Of a stretch of DNA of 64,000 nucleotides, positions 1 to 11,144 are shown in pieces (the first letter of the stretch is position 1; each line of letters opens with the position of its first letter). The stretch is from the NCBI RefSeq assembly GCF_006345805.1, contig NC_043016.1:8866001-8930000 (forward strand). Direction: 5' to 3'. The translations under genes and the position numbers were made by a program. This DNA comes from Octopus sinensis (Eukaryota). The notes under the pieces were generated by a model, which saw nothing but the letters and a program-made list of their open reading frames with translations, made no database searches and was not told the DNA's origin.

Positions 1-39
1 AGTAGACATCAAAATGACAATGATAATGATGATAATCTG

Positions 40-280
40 TTTCTTTATTACCCACAAGGGGCTAAACATAGAGGGGACAAACAAGGACAGACAAATGGAT
101 TAAGACAGACAAATCGATTATATCGACCCTGGTGTGTAACTGGTACTTAATTTATCAACCCCGAAAGGATGAAAGGCAAAGACGACCTGGGCTGAATTTG
201 AACTCAGAACGTAATGGCAGACAAAATACGGCTACACATTTCGCCCAGCATGCTAACAGCTCTGCCAGCTCGCTGCCTTA
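40..280 (-). mobile_element. tRNA-derived SINE, family A (~230 bp)
   Basis: Reverse complement of the repeat GGCGAGCTGGCAGAAACGTTAGC...GTTCTGAGTTCAAATTCCGCCGAGGTCGAC...AAAGAAATA, which recurs more than 10 times in the window; B-box-like GAGTTCAAATT. Confidence 0.85.
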
Positions 281-588
281 GATAATGATGACGATCATCA
301 TCATCATGGTCGTCATCATGATGACAATGATGATGATGATTATGATGACAGTGCAGATGGCAACAACAATGATAAGGATATAGTGCAAGTCATCCACATC
401 AGATGCATAACTGTCTACTTCACCGTCAAATCTTGATGTTTAGTCTTTTGAAAGGCTGTACCAAAAGCAGTCCTCACTACACAATGCTTAAATTTAAGTT
501 CCCCAACTTACCAGTTCCTGTCAAACCATTTAACCCATGCCAGCATGGTAAGCAGACATTAAATGATGATTATATGTATAGATATATA

Positions 589-1412
589 TAGGCACAGGGG
601 TGGCTGTGTGGTAAGCAGTTTGCTTACAAACCACATAGTTCCAGGTTCAGTCCCACTGTGTGGCATCTTGGGCAAGTGTCTTCTACTATAGCCTCGGGCT
701 GACCAAAGCCCTGTGAGTGAATTTGGTAGACGGAAACTGAAAGAAAGCCATCATATGTATATATGCATATAGTTAAGTTAAGTTAAGTTAATTTTTTGGC
801 TCAAAAAGCAAAAAGCAAGGCCATGTAGGGGGACATGGAGTTATGTACAGGGAGGGTGTTCATGCAAAGAGTTCAGGCCATTTCTGGTCAAGGGAGACTT
901 TGAACTGAGCGGTCGTCGGCATCTTCACTATCTCGTCCGGCAGCTTATTCCATGGATCCGCAACCCGGATAGAGAAAGCCCCTCTCCGATTGAGATGAAA
1001 TCGTTGCAGATAGAGCTTTTCAGAGTGACCCCCCACCTGACGCTCTGGAATAGGAGTGAAGAACAGCTCTTTCGAGAGGTTACACTTTCCGCTTATGATG
1101 TGAGCAAGAATGAGATCACCACAACGTCGTTGTTTTTCTAGAGAATAAAGGTCGAGCATCTTCAGCCTTTCTTCATAAGACAAATATATAGGTGTGTGTG
1201 TGTGTGTGGTTGTGTGTCTGTGTTTGTCCTCCCAACATCGCTTGACAACCAATGCTGGTGTGTTTATGTCCCTATAACCTAGCAGTTCGGCAAAAGAGAC
1301 TGAGAGAATAAGTACTAGCCTTACAAAGAATAAGTCCTGCAGTCGATTTGCTCGACTAAAGACAGTGCTCCAGCATGGCCACAGTCAAATGACTGAAACA
1401 AGTAAAAGAGTA
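589..1412 (+). mobile_element. CORE-type SINE, family B, split by a CR1 insertion (head 589-770, tail 1181-1412)
   Basis: tRNA-like head GGC.CAGGAGTGGCTGTGTGGTAAG...GGTTCAGTCCC; CORE-like GGCATCTTGGGCAAGTGTCTT; 3' half resumes after the CR1 fragment. Confidence 0.85.
770..1180 (-). mobile_element. CR1/L2-clade LINE 3' fragment (ORF2 C-terminus, 3' UTR, (TTAAC)n tail)
   Basis: Translation LSYEERLKMLDLYSLEKQRRCGDLI...GHSEKLY...FSIRVADPWNKLP...FKVSLD matches the typical CR1 ORF2 C-terminus; short tandem-repeat tail at 770-792. Confidence 0.85.
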
Positions 1413-2213
1413 AATGTATGTGTGTGTGTGTGTTTGTATATATGTCCCTCATTCTCTCTCTTCACTTACTCCCTCTCTTTAGTTCTCTCACCTCTGTTAT
1501 CTTAACCAATAACTTGGTGCTCTTGGTGTTATTTAGTTATTATCAGCCAGTCTGAATGTGATCAGCCATCATTCCAGTTATACATTATGCAGAAGATGAA
1601 ATCGCAATTGCTTCTGCCTCAGGAATCAATAAAAACAAGTGCAACAAAACCTGACAGGATGAGGAGAAACTAGAAAAGCAAAGACTCAAGGAAAACCAGC
1701 TAGGCAAGGAAACAAAATATACACACTCACAAGCACACACCCAAACACAAACACACAATAAGTCAAGTATATGCAAATATATATATAAAATAATTTTAGA
1801 ACAGAGAAAAATGATAAAGAAAAAGATGGAAACTGAAGAAGATGAACTATTAGCTATTATCTATTAACATGTAAGACCAGATTCTCATATCAATTAAGAT
1901 CCTATAATTATTGGATCATCAAGGAAGTGAAAGCATATAAAAAAACTATTATGTAGAGTGTTTACAAAAAGGTACAAAAATGGGAAATGAAATGGTAATA
2001 ACAGCATGAACGACAAGCTAGAGTGGAAATAGTGAGAATATACATATATTCATAGTTGCATACAGATTATACATACATTACTTATATATATATACATATG
2101 CATACATATATACATATACACACACACACATATATAGATAGATACATACATATACAAATATGTGTGTGTGTTTTTATATATGTATATGTATGTGTGTATA
2201 TATATACATATAT

Positions 2214-2251
<38 letters not shown>

Positions 2252-2649
2252 GCATAGTTGCCAATCTTTCCACCCTCAAAATAGAGGTCAGGCTTTGCAG
2301 CAATGTTTATATGCATCCACTAGTGGCTGTCTTTTTGCACTCTCTATCTGCTAACATTACAGCTTACAACTATTACGTAATTCTGAGCCTCTAGGAACAG
2401 CTGTCGGACCTGAAATACCATGCTCTCTCTCTCCTTAGTTTTCTGTATTTTTTTTGTACTCCGTGTAGATTTCTTCTGTAAATGTATAAATACCTGAAAA
2501 GTAATGGCTGTTACCACCTGAATGTGGTTGTTTCATAGAAAACAATGTTGCTACCTTTTTAACCCTAGGAGGACACCTCCTCCAGCTGGTCAATGACACA
2601 ATATCTGTCTGTTATATTGCAAACAAGGGAGCAAAAAATCCCGTCGAGT

Positions 2650-2711
2650 GGTGACAGGACCAGTAGACTAGCTGGTTTCAGGGTTTTACCCTTCTTCAGT
2701 ACCTATTCACC
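2650..2711 (-). ncRNA. Minimal type I hammerhead ribozyme motif
   Basis: Minus strand GGTA-CTGAAGA-AGGG/TAAAA/CCCT-GAAA-CCAGCTA-GTC-TACT; distal GGTGA/TCACC pairing extends stem I. Confidence 0.6.
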
Positions 2712-2769
2712 TTGTTGAGAATATGAACAGAAGTGTTCATCTTTTGAATATTTTCAGTTTTTGTTTCTT

Positions 2770-2879
<110 letters not shown>

Positions 2880-2892
2880 ATATATATATATA

Positions 2893-4655
2893 TATCTATA
2901 CAATATGTTACATTACTCGGTAGTCAAGATAAAACTCTGAGTTTCAGATGCCGAAGTGGAAATCCACAACACCATCTCTTCGGTTATCTGGCTATTTGAA
3001 AACGTTATGAAAAAATACCGTTAAATAAAGGGAAATTACTCTGTTATAACTCTGCTTGCCTGCGTACTTATATATCGCTCGCATTTTTCGTCATAAAAAT
3101 TATATAAAAATACATAAAAAATATATAAAAAATATATAAATTCTTCTTGGGACATAACATAGAAAGCATGTTCTATCTGTTTTCTTTAGGGGACCAAAAA
3201 CGTAACAGAAATTTAGTCACATGTGGGCATGATCCGAAAAGCTCTGTCCTTGTATTTAGACATGTAGTAGGGTCTAAGCTGCTTTTCCAGATAAGCCATC
3301 TCTCCATGTCACATAGACCGCACCTTCCGCTGCCGTTAGTATAGGGCTTACATCTGGCCAAAATCTTCCATTGTATGTTATAATCGACACCTTTATCTCT
3401 TAAAGACCAAATATGATTAGACAATTGTGTCGCTTTTCTTTTGTTCCAGTGCCTAAAGCTCAAAGTGTGGTTATTGAACCTGGCCTTGAAATTACCCTCT
3501 GTAAGGCCCACGTATTTCTTCGTTGAAACGGTGTCTTTAGTGGTTATAGAGTTTACGGTAGCTTCATATATGATGGTCTTGGACATGCAAGCTCCATTTA
3601 GCGGGCACAATTCTTTATTCCTGCATGAACAGCTGTTTTCTTCTTGTGTTTTTTGTATGTTATGTTTGATTATGTTTTTAAAATTGGTAGTTGAACTAAA
3701 ACTAATTTTTAAATTGTGTCTATTGAAGAGTTTCCTATAAGTATGGTTAACTGGAAAATGTCTATCTATCAGTGCTAGGAAATATTTACTTATATTGAAG
3801 GCCACCTCGGGTGAGTAAACCAGATGACCTTCCTATTTCTATTATTCCTTTTCCTTACTGTTGGGCTAGTGATAGGTGTATATTTTATTTTATCACTAAA
3901 ACCACTATCTTTTAAAGCCTTATTATAAACTGGGGCAACGCTATTGAAGATGTCCTCATCAGATGAGAGGCTAGAAATCCTCTTACTAATATTTTTAACT
4001 AAATTTTTGAATACTATAGGGGGATGGCATGAACCTACATTAATATAACTTAGTCTATCATTGGGCTTCCTATAAGGCTTATAAATATTCTTATTAAGAT
4101 CTAAGGAAATGTATAAGAAATTGACAACCGTCAGGTTAGTATCTATAGTTATACTAAGTCCGAAGTGTTTCATTAACTGGATAATATCCTTCCTAAAACG
4201 ATCTTGTGCTGGTCCATTTGTATTAGCTGTTAAGGCGAGGGCATCATCTTTGTAGATGGCGAAATGTACGTTAGGGAATGTCTAAATACAAGGACAGAGC
4301 TTTTCGGATCATGCCCATATGTGACTAAATTTCTGTTACGTTTTTGGTCCCCTAAAGAAAACAGATAGAACATGCTTACTATGTTATGTCCCAAGAAGAA
4401 TTTATATATTTTTTATATATTTTTTATATATTTTTTATGTATTTTTATATAATTTTTATGACGAAAAATGCGAGCGATGTATAAGTACGCAGGCAAGCAG
4501 AGTTATAACAGAGTAATTCCCTTTATTTAACGGTATTTTTTCATAACGTTTTCAAATAGCCAGATAACCGAAGAGATGGTGTTGTGGATTTCCACTTCGG
4601 CATCTGAAACTCAGTTTTATCTTGACTACCGAGTAATGTAACATATTGTATAGAT
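2893..4655 (-). mobile_element. Penelope-like element, 5'-truncated, with inverted pseudo-LTRs (2893-3263 and 4278-4655)
   Basis: RT with YKDD motif and thumb (~4270-3790), a frameshift, then GIY-YIG endonuclease (IIYEATV...KKYVGLTEGNFKARFNNH; 3805-3173). The two ~370-bp ends are near-perfect reverse complements. Confidence 0.92.
3173..4270 (-). pseudogene. PLE RT/GIY-YIG ORF, frameshifted near 3800
   Basis: ORFs 3790..4173 and 3173..3805 plus upstream VHFAIYKDDALAL read as one interrupted protein. Confidence 0.85.
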
Positions 4656-4918
4656 AAATTTCCTCTATTTACATAATATTGAGGTCTCTTTCTTTCTTTT
4701 GTTATCTTACCGTTTTATCAATATATATATATATATTATATATATATATATTGCTATATATTTACATCTGTATATGTATGTATATTTTGTTTATCGAGCC
4801 CAAGTGTGTTTGTTTGCATCAGTATTTTCAAATATATATATATGTGTGTGTGTGTGTATGTATGTGTATGTGTGTGAGTGTATGTATACATACACACACA
4901 CATATATATACATATATA

Positions 4919-5359
4919 TAGGTGTAGGAGTGGTTGTGTGGTAAGTAGCTTGCTTACCAACCACATGGTTCCAGGTCCAGTCCCACTGCGTGGCACCTTG
5001 GTCAAGTGTCTTCTACTATAGCCACTGGCCGACCAAAGCCTTATGAGTGGATTTGGTAGATGGAAACTGAAAGAAGACTGTTGTATATATGTATATATGT
5101 ATATATATATATATATGTGTGTGCGTATGTATGTGTGTGTATATGTTTGTGTGTCTGTGTTTGTCCCCCCTCCGAACATCCCTTGACAACCACTGGTGGT
5201 ATGTTTACATCCCCGTAACCTAGCGGTTCGGCAAAAGAAACTGATAGAATAAATATTAGGCTTACAAAGAAGAAGTCCTGGGATCAATTTGCTCGACTAA
5301 AGGCAGTGCTCCAGCATGGTCTCAGTCACATGACTGAAACAAGTAAAAGAGTAAAAGAG
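4919..5359 (+). mobile_element. CORE-type SINE family B
   Basis: Full head, (TA/TG) middle and 3' part ending AAAAGAGTAAAAGAG. Confidence 0.85.
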
Positions 5360-5419
5360 TATATACACACACACACACACTTACACATACATGTGCACAC
5401 AGATATAGATATTCTAATA

Positions 5420-6110
5420 TAAGGTGCATTCCAGAGGTTCTGGAACTTTTTCAGGAGTCAGAGGAGTACAAAACTATAATATCCTTGAAAATACGATCCT
5501 CTGTCTTGAATGCATTTGTTGTAGTACTCTAGCCATGTTGTGAAAGCTCCATGGAAGTCCTCCAAAGGGAAGGTTTCCTGAACTCTTGTCACAACCCCTT
5601 TCAAAGTCTGGACTCTGAGGAGAGTGAGGGACAGTTTTGAAGCCTGTCTCTGTCAAATACCAGGATGGAACTGAAGATTGGTATATTGTCCTAGTACAAA
5701 AAAGCTCTGGTCTTTTGCAATGATATTTCTTCAGAACTCTCTCAAAACCTTCACAAAGTACTCTTTATTGACCATCTGGTCAGAGGGAATCCAGTGAAGG
5801 TAGATGATATTTGCTGTCAAAAATGGAGATCATTATGAGCTTCCTAACGGACTTGCTTTGCCTGGCCTCTTATGCCAATGAAAAGTAGATGCCTGATTCA
5901 TACAAGTTAATCAATAAGCAGTCTGGAGCATTTCATCAGTTTCTGTAATGTTTTATCCATTTTAACGCAAAATTTTATGGCATAAGGAACTTCCAAACTG
6001 TCTTCATGTCCTGACTGCATTTCACAAACTAGTCAGCTGTGACAAGTGGTGTTTTGCAGGGTGTGTTCAAAGTGTTGTTACAGCCATTTCCTCCACTTTG
6101 GACTAAAGAA
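5420..6110 (-). mobile_element. Decayed mariner transposase remnant
   Basis: Minus-strand translation fragments VNKEYFVKVLREF...KRPELF...KTVPHSPQSPDF resemble mariner catalytic-domain motifs (PHPPYSPDL). Confidence 0.65.
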
Positions 6111-6442
6111 GTGGATATGTCAACATATTAGATACATAGTAAAGTTACACTAAAATTGCAATAATCTAGGATGGTTATAACTGCCTTTCTTAAGAAAAAA
6201 GTCTCAAAACATCTGGAATGCAACTCATACATAACCAAAATATAAAGTTCTTATTTATTGTGTAAGAACTAAAAGTTCTTTTAAATGATAAAAGCAAAAG
6301 GCTAAATGGATGTTGATGTGCAAAAGAATTCAGTACTCAGTATTTTGGCTACAATGGTTAAAGGTAAAAATTTCAATTATTTTTGATAATGGTTTGGTTG
6401 AGGTTTTTGTATTTATGTGAATGATTGTATATATATGTATTT

Positions 6443-6858
6443 TAGTCTTTTAGTCTTTTACTTGTTTCAGTCATTTGACTGCGGCCATGCTGGAGCACCG
6501 CCTTTAGTCGAGCAAATCGACCCCGGGACTTATTCTTTGTAAGCCCAGTACTTATTCTATCGGTCTCTTTTGCTGAACCGCTAAGTGACGGGGATGTAAA
6601 CACACCAGCATTGGTTGTTAAGCAATGCTGGGGGGACAAACACAGACACACAAACCTATACACACACACTTATATATATATGCATATATATGACAGGCTT
6701 CTTTCAGTTTCCGTCTACCAAATCCACTCACAAGGCATTGGTCGGCCCGGGGCTATAGCAGAAGACACTTGCCCAAGATGCCACGCAGTGGGACTGAACC
6801 TGGAACCATGTGGTTGGTTAGCAAGCTACTTACCACACAGCCACTCCTGCGCCTATGT
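6443..6858 (-). mobile_element. CORE-type SINE family B
   Basis: Near-consensus copy, inverted relative to 4919-5359. Confidence 0.88.
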
Positions 6859-8729
6859 ATATGTATTTTTATTTTGTGGGGAATTGTATACGTACATACA
6901 TGCATGCACATGTATGTGAGCGTGTGTATAATGAGAGAGAAAAGGATGGGGGAGATGAGATAAAATTTCTTTCTCTTGTTCAAAAGAGAAAATCTCTTTG
7001 CAATGGCACCCATTCCAGTTTTGGACAGGCACAAACATATAGCCACACACACACACACGCGCGCGTGCACGCATGCACATACACTAGCACATATGGGGCT
7101 ATAGTAGGAGACATTTGGTGTCACACACTAGTGCTAAATCCAGAAACATATAGCTAAGGAACAAAGTTCTTACCACACAGACAGGACTGTGTCTTACAAC
7201 AGAGCTTATAGAAAATATATAATCGGTAATTATATAACCAGCTTATGAAAAATTCTAATTAATAATTATTATTAATTTGCATTTTATGAATATCGCTTGT
7301 AGCAGAACAACATGCATCAAATAAAAGTTTCTTTAGGATCTTGTTAAATTTCTTTCTGATTTTTGTCAGAATATTTTTAAAAGGCGTAGCTTGGATGTAG
7401 TTTAAAATTATAGTTTAACAACACCCGACTCGATTTCAGTGAGAAATAATATTTTTCCTCATTTTTCTTTTTTCTTGTGCTATCAACTAATCTCATCTCC
7501 CAATATACCACAAATGACTTATTTCCACTGAAATTGGAGTGGGATGGGCCCTCAAAATTCCCCCTCACCTCGGAGTTGTTTTTTTTTTTTTGTGTGCTAT
7601 CACTTAATCTCGGCTCCTAGTATAGTACAAAGAACTTTTTCCCCTTTGTGCCATATTCGGAGATCAGTATAGTGGATTTTTTTTTAATGCTTAATAGCTG
7701 CTATTTCTAGCATACTAAACAACCATGTTGAGGACCGCCTACTTTTGAGTTTATTTAAAAGAGAGAGAAAAGTGCTTTATACAACAAATTTCGATATAAT
7801 TGTAATCTACACCATCTGAGACATATATGTAGAAAATTTTAACAAATTATCCATGTTTCAGACACACATATATCTATACATATACGTACATACATATACA
7901 TATATATATACATATACATATATATACATATACATACATATATGTGTGTGTGTGTGTGCATATAAATGCCATATCATCATCATATTCATCATTTAACGTC
8001 CACTTTCCATGTTGGCATGGGTTCGATGGTTTGACAGGGTCCAACAAGCGAGGGGTCACATCTGGTTTGGCATGGCTTGGCATAATAGACATTTTAATAT
8101 TTTTATGATTATATAGACCTTGGTGCATGTTGACTGGGAACCTGGGGCCCACCAAAATTGTTCCCAATTAGGCCCTGCACTTCTTAAGGCGGGCCCTGGT
8201 TCATACAGAGCTTCATAAAAACACATACAAAAAATACAAAAAAAAAAGGAATAACACAAATAAATATGAATTTAAAATAAAATGTTTTTACATTTTACAT
8301 ATTTTCTAGTAAAACTTACCATCTATCTAAAATACTTTGCTAATTTACATAATTAATCTAAATGAATAATTTTTTTTTCAACTCAGTAACTGTTTCCAAT
8401 GTCTGTTACAATGCTTTGTATCCTATATCGCATTTATGGCATATCTGTCTGGAACTAAGGAAAGCAAATTTTCTAGAAAGTCGTTCACATTGGTTATGGC
8501 CTTCATCTTGAATAGATGTTCTTCCCTTACAAAATTCAACAACCTTGAAGCAAAGCTATGGTCTAAATCATAAAATATATCATATATCCACTTTTATATA
8601 TTAAGATATATATGCAGCTATTAAAGTACTTTTATAAATGCATCTCAGTTACACATATTGTTCTTCCTCTTCCTCTCTCTGTCTCCCTCTCTAAATGTAC
8701 ATTATATAGTATGTCTCTTCTATTTTGTA

Positions 8730-8975
8730 CGTATTTCTGTATGTATGTATGGATGGGTGTTTGTAAGTATGGATTGATGTATGGGTGCATGCATGCATGT
8801 ATGTATGTATGTATGTATGTATGTATGTATGCATGTATGCATGTATGTATGTATGTATGTATGTATGTAATGTGTGTATGTCTGTATGTAGTGTGTGTAT
8901 GTATGTATGTGTGTATATATGTGTGTATATATGTTGTATGTATGCATGTATGTATGTGTGTGTGCATGTGTATGT
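8730..8975. repeat. (ATGT)n/(GT)n microsatellite
   Basis: Direct reading. Confidence 0.95.
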
Positions 8976-9104
8976 ATTAATATTTAGCAGAAGCAATAGA
9001 GAGACTTAAGGGGCAAGAGTCACTCTGTTGCTCCTGCTAAATATTAAGAAAAAAGTACTTATATATATATACATACATATATATATATACAACACATATA
9101 TATA

Positions 9105-10772
9105 TAACGGGAAGCTTTATGAAAATAGACAAAAGACGAAGGCAGGTTTACGGAAATAAACAAAAGACGAAGGCAGGTGGAATACAAACAAACAATTGTA
9201 TTAGTATGGCGCTCAGGAAATATAAATAAAACAAGTCTTTAACGTTTCGAGCCTACGCTCTTCAACAGAAAGATACACAGAAAAGAAACACAGAAAGAAG
9301 GAGAGAAAAAAAAGTACGTGCAGAGGCTAGCGAATCAACATGGCGATCTGATTTCGGCCAGAAGTCAAAGATCAAACGTGAGACGCAAGAGCGAAATTAG
9401 GGGAGATAATAGGGTTAAATGACCTCGCCCCAACATAAGAGTGTGTGTGTGTGTATGAGAGAGTATTAGTGCGTATGAGAGGTCTGGACGTGTGTATGTA
9501 TATATGATGTGATGTGTAAAGTCGTATGGTGTAGTGTAGAGAGAGGAGATGAGGGAAGAAGGGAGGGGGAGGGGAAGAGGAGGGGGAAGGGGGAGAATGA
9601 AGGAGAGGAGAAGAGGAGGAGGGAGGATAGAGGGAGAGGGGGAGAGAGAGAGAAGGGGAGTGAGGGAGCAGAGAGAAAGAGGGAAGGGGAAGAGGGAAGA
9701 AGGAGGGAGGGAGAAAGAGGGAAGAAGGGAAGAGGAGTAGGGGTGAAAGGATGAAGGACTGAAGATAAGTAGGGGTCGGGGGAGGTTAGATGATTAGGGG
9801 AGAGGGGGGTTAGATGAGGAGGGGGGTAGAGTTGAGACCAAATGGCGTATAAGAGCGAAGAGAGAAGATTAATTCCTGTTCATGGCGCAAACGGGAATCT
9901 GGATGGCCTCTGTGTAAGGACAAACCGAACACAGACAGGTGTTGCAAGGAGTGACCGGTGGAGCGGAAATGGCGTGAGACCGGTGTGTCGTTCACCAGGC
10001 GGATGTTATGAAGGTGTTCCGCGAACCGGTCAGCCAAGCGGCGTCCCGTTTGTCCGATGTACAGGGAATGGCAGAGAGAGCAAGAGATGCAATAGATAAT
10101 ATTGCACCTGGAGGTGCAGGTGAAGGAGTTGATGATGCGATAGGGTCGATGATGGGTGCCAGTGAGGAGGGTGGTGTTGGAGAGGTAAGGGCAAGTGCGG
10201 CAACGTGGGCGGGAGCAGGGGAACCAGCCAGGTTGGGAGGTAGGGTCAGGGAAGGAGCTATGGACCAAAAGGTCTCGAAGGTTATGGGCTCGTTTGAAAG
10301 AGGGGAAGAGGTTAGGGAAGAGGTGTGAAGTGGACGGATCGGACTGGAGATGACGGAAAGCTCGAAGAATGGTGCGTTGGAGAGGTAGGGTCGTGGGGTG
10401 GTAAGTGAGGGGAAAGGGAGGCGGGAGACTACAGGGCGGGTTCGGGGAGAGAGAGCAGATACACGGTCCACGGAACATGCTCTGGCAAGGGCGGTGTGGA
10501 TAGTGGTGAGGGGGTATCCACGTAGGATGAAGTGGTGAGCCATACGTTGAGACTGAGTCTCAAAGTCATGGTCGTCACTACAGAGCCTACGTAGACGGAG
10601 GAATTGGGAATAGGGGATGGAAAGCTTGGTGTGTTCTGGGTGGGAAGAAGAGAAGTTGAGGTATGAGTGTGAGTCTGTGTGTTTGTAGTGAATGGAGGTG
10701 GTAAGAGTGGAGTGAAGAATGCTAACCGAAATGTCGAGGAAGGAGACAGAGGTGTTGGAGATAGTGGAAGTG
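9105..10772 (-). mobile_element. Penelope-like element (Neptune-type), 5'-truncated
   Basis: Minus strand RT thumb FTSTISNTSVSFLDI...HPEHTKLSIPYSQFLRLRRLCS, then CxxC-linked GIY-YIG (CRTCPY...NIIYCISCSLCHSLYIGQTGRRLADRFAEH); purine-rich 3' region and pseudo-LTR down to ~9105. Confidence 0.9.
9241..9265 (-). ncRNA. Degenerate minimal hammerhead motif in PLE pseudo-LTR
   Basis: TTGAAGA-GCGTAGGCTC-GAAA-CGTT, with palindromic ACGT as stem III; first core C replaced by T. Confidence 0.45.
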
Positions 10773-10774
10773 AA

Positions 10775-10924
10775 GTTACAATGCTTTGTATCCTATATCG
10801 TATTTATGGCATATCTGTCTGGAACTAAGAAAAGCTAATTTTCTAGAAAGTCATTCACATTGGTTATGGCCTTCATCTTGAATAGATGTTCTTCCCTTAC
10901 AAAATTCAACAACCTTGAAGCAAA
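10775..10924 (+). repeat. Direct duplicate of 8405-8553
   Basis: GTTACAATGCTTTGTATCC...CAACCTTGAAGCAAA occurs at both positions with about 4 substitutions. Confidence 0.95.
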
Positions 10925-11098
10925 CCACACACCACACACACACACACATATATATAACAATTGCAGCATGGAAGGTATTTATAAGCCATTTAAGAAAAAC
11001 ACAAAAACTGTTAGATTCACTTCAACATTTGAATTTAATTTGTCAAAATATTTTCATCACTTTGAGACCGTGACCTGTTCACTGACATCACACACACA

Positions 11099-11140
<42 letters not shown>

Positions 11141-11144
<4 letters not shown>

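Noticed and set aside
591-660. tRNA genes at SINE heads
   Set aside because: A/B-box-like motifs are present but there is no full cloverleaf, and each continues into a SINE body.
11035-11090. Hammerhead-like fold (TGTC...GAAAATATTTTGACA, minus strand)
   Set aside because: The CUGANGA core is absent (AGTGA).
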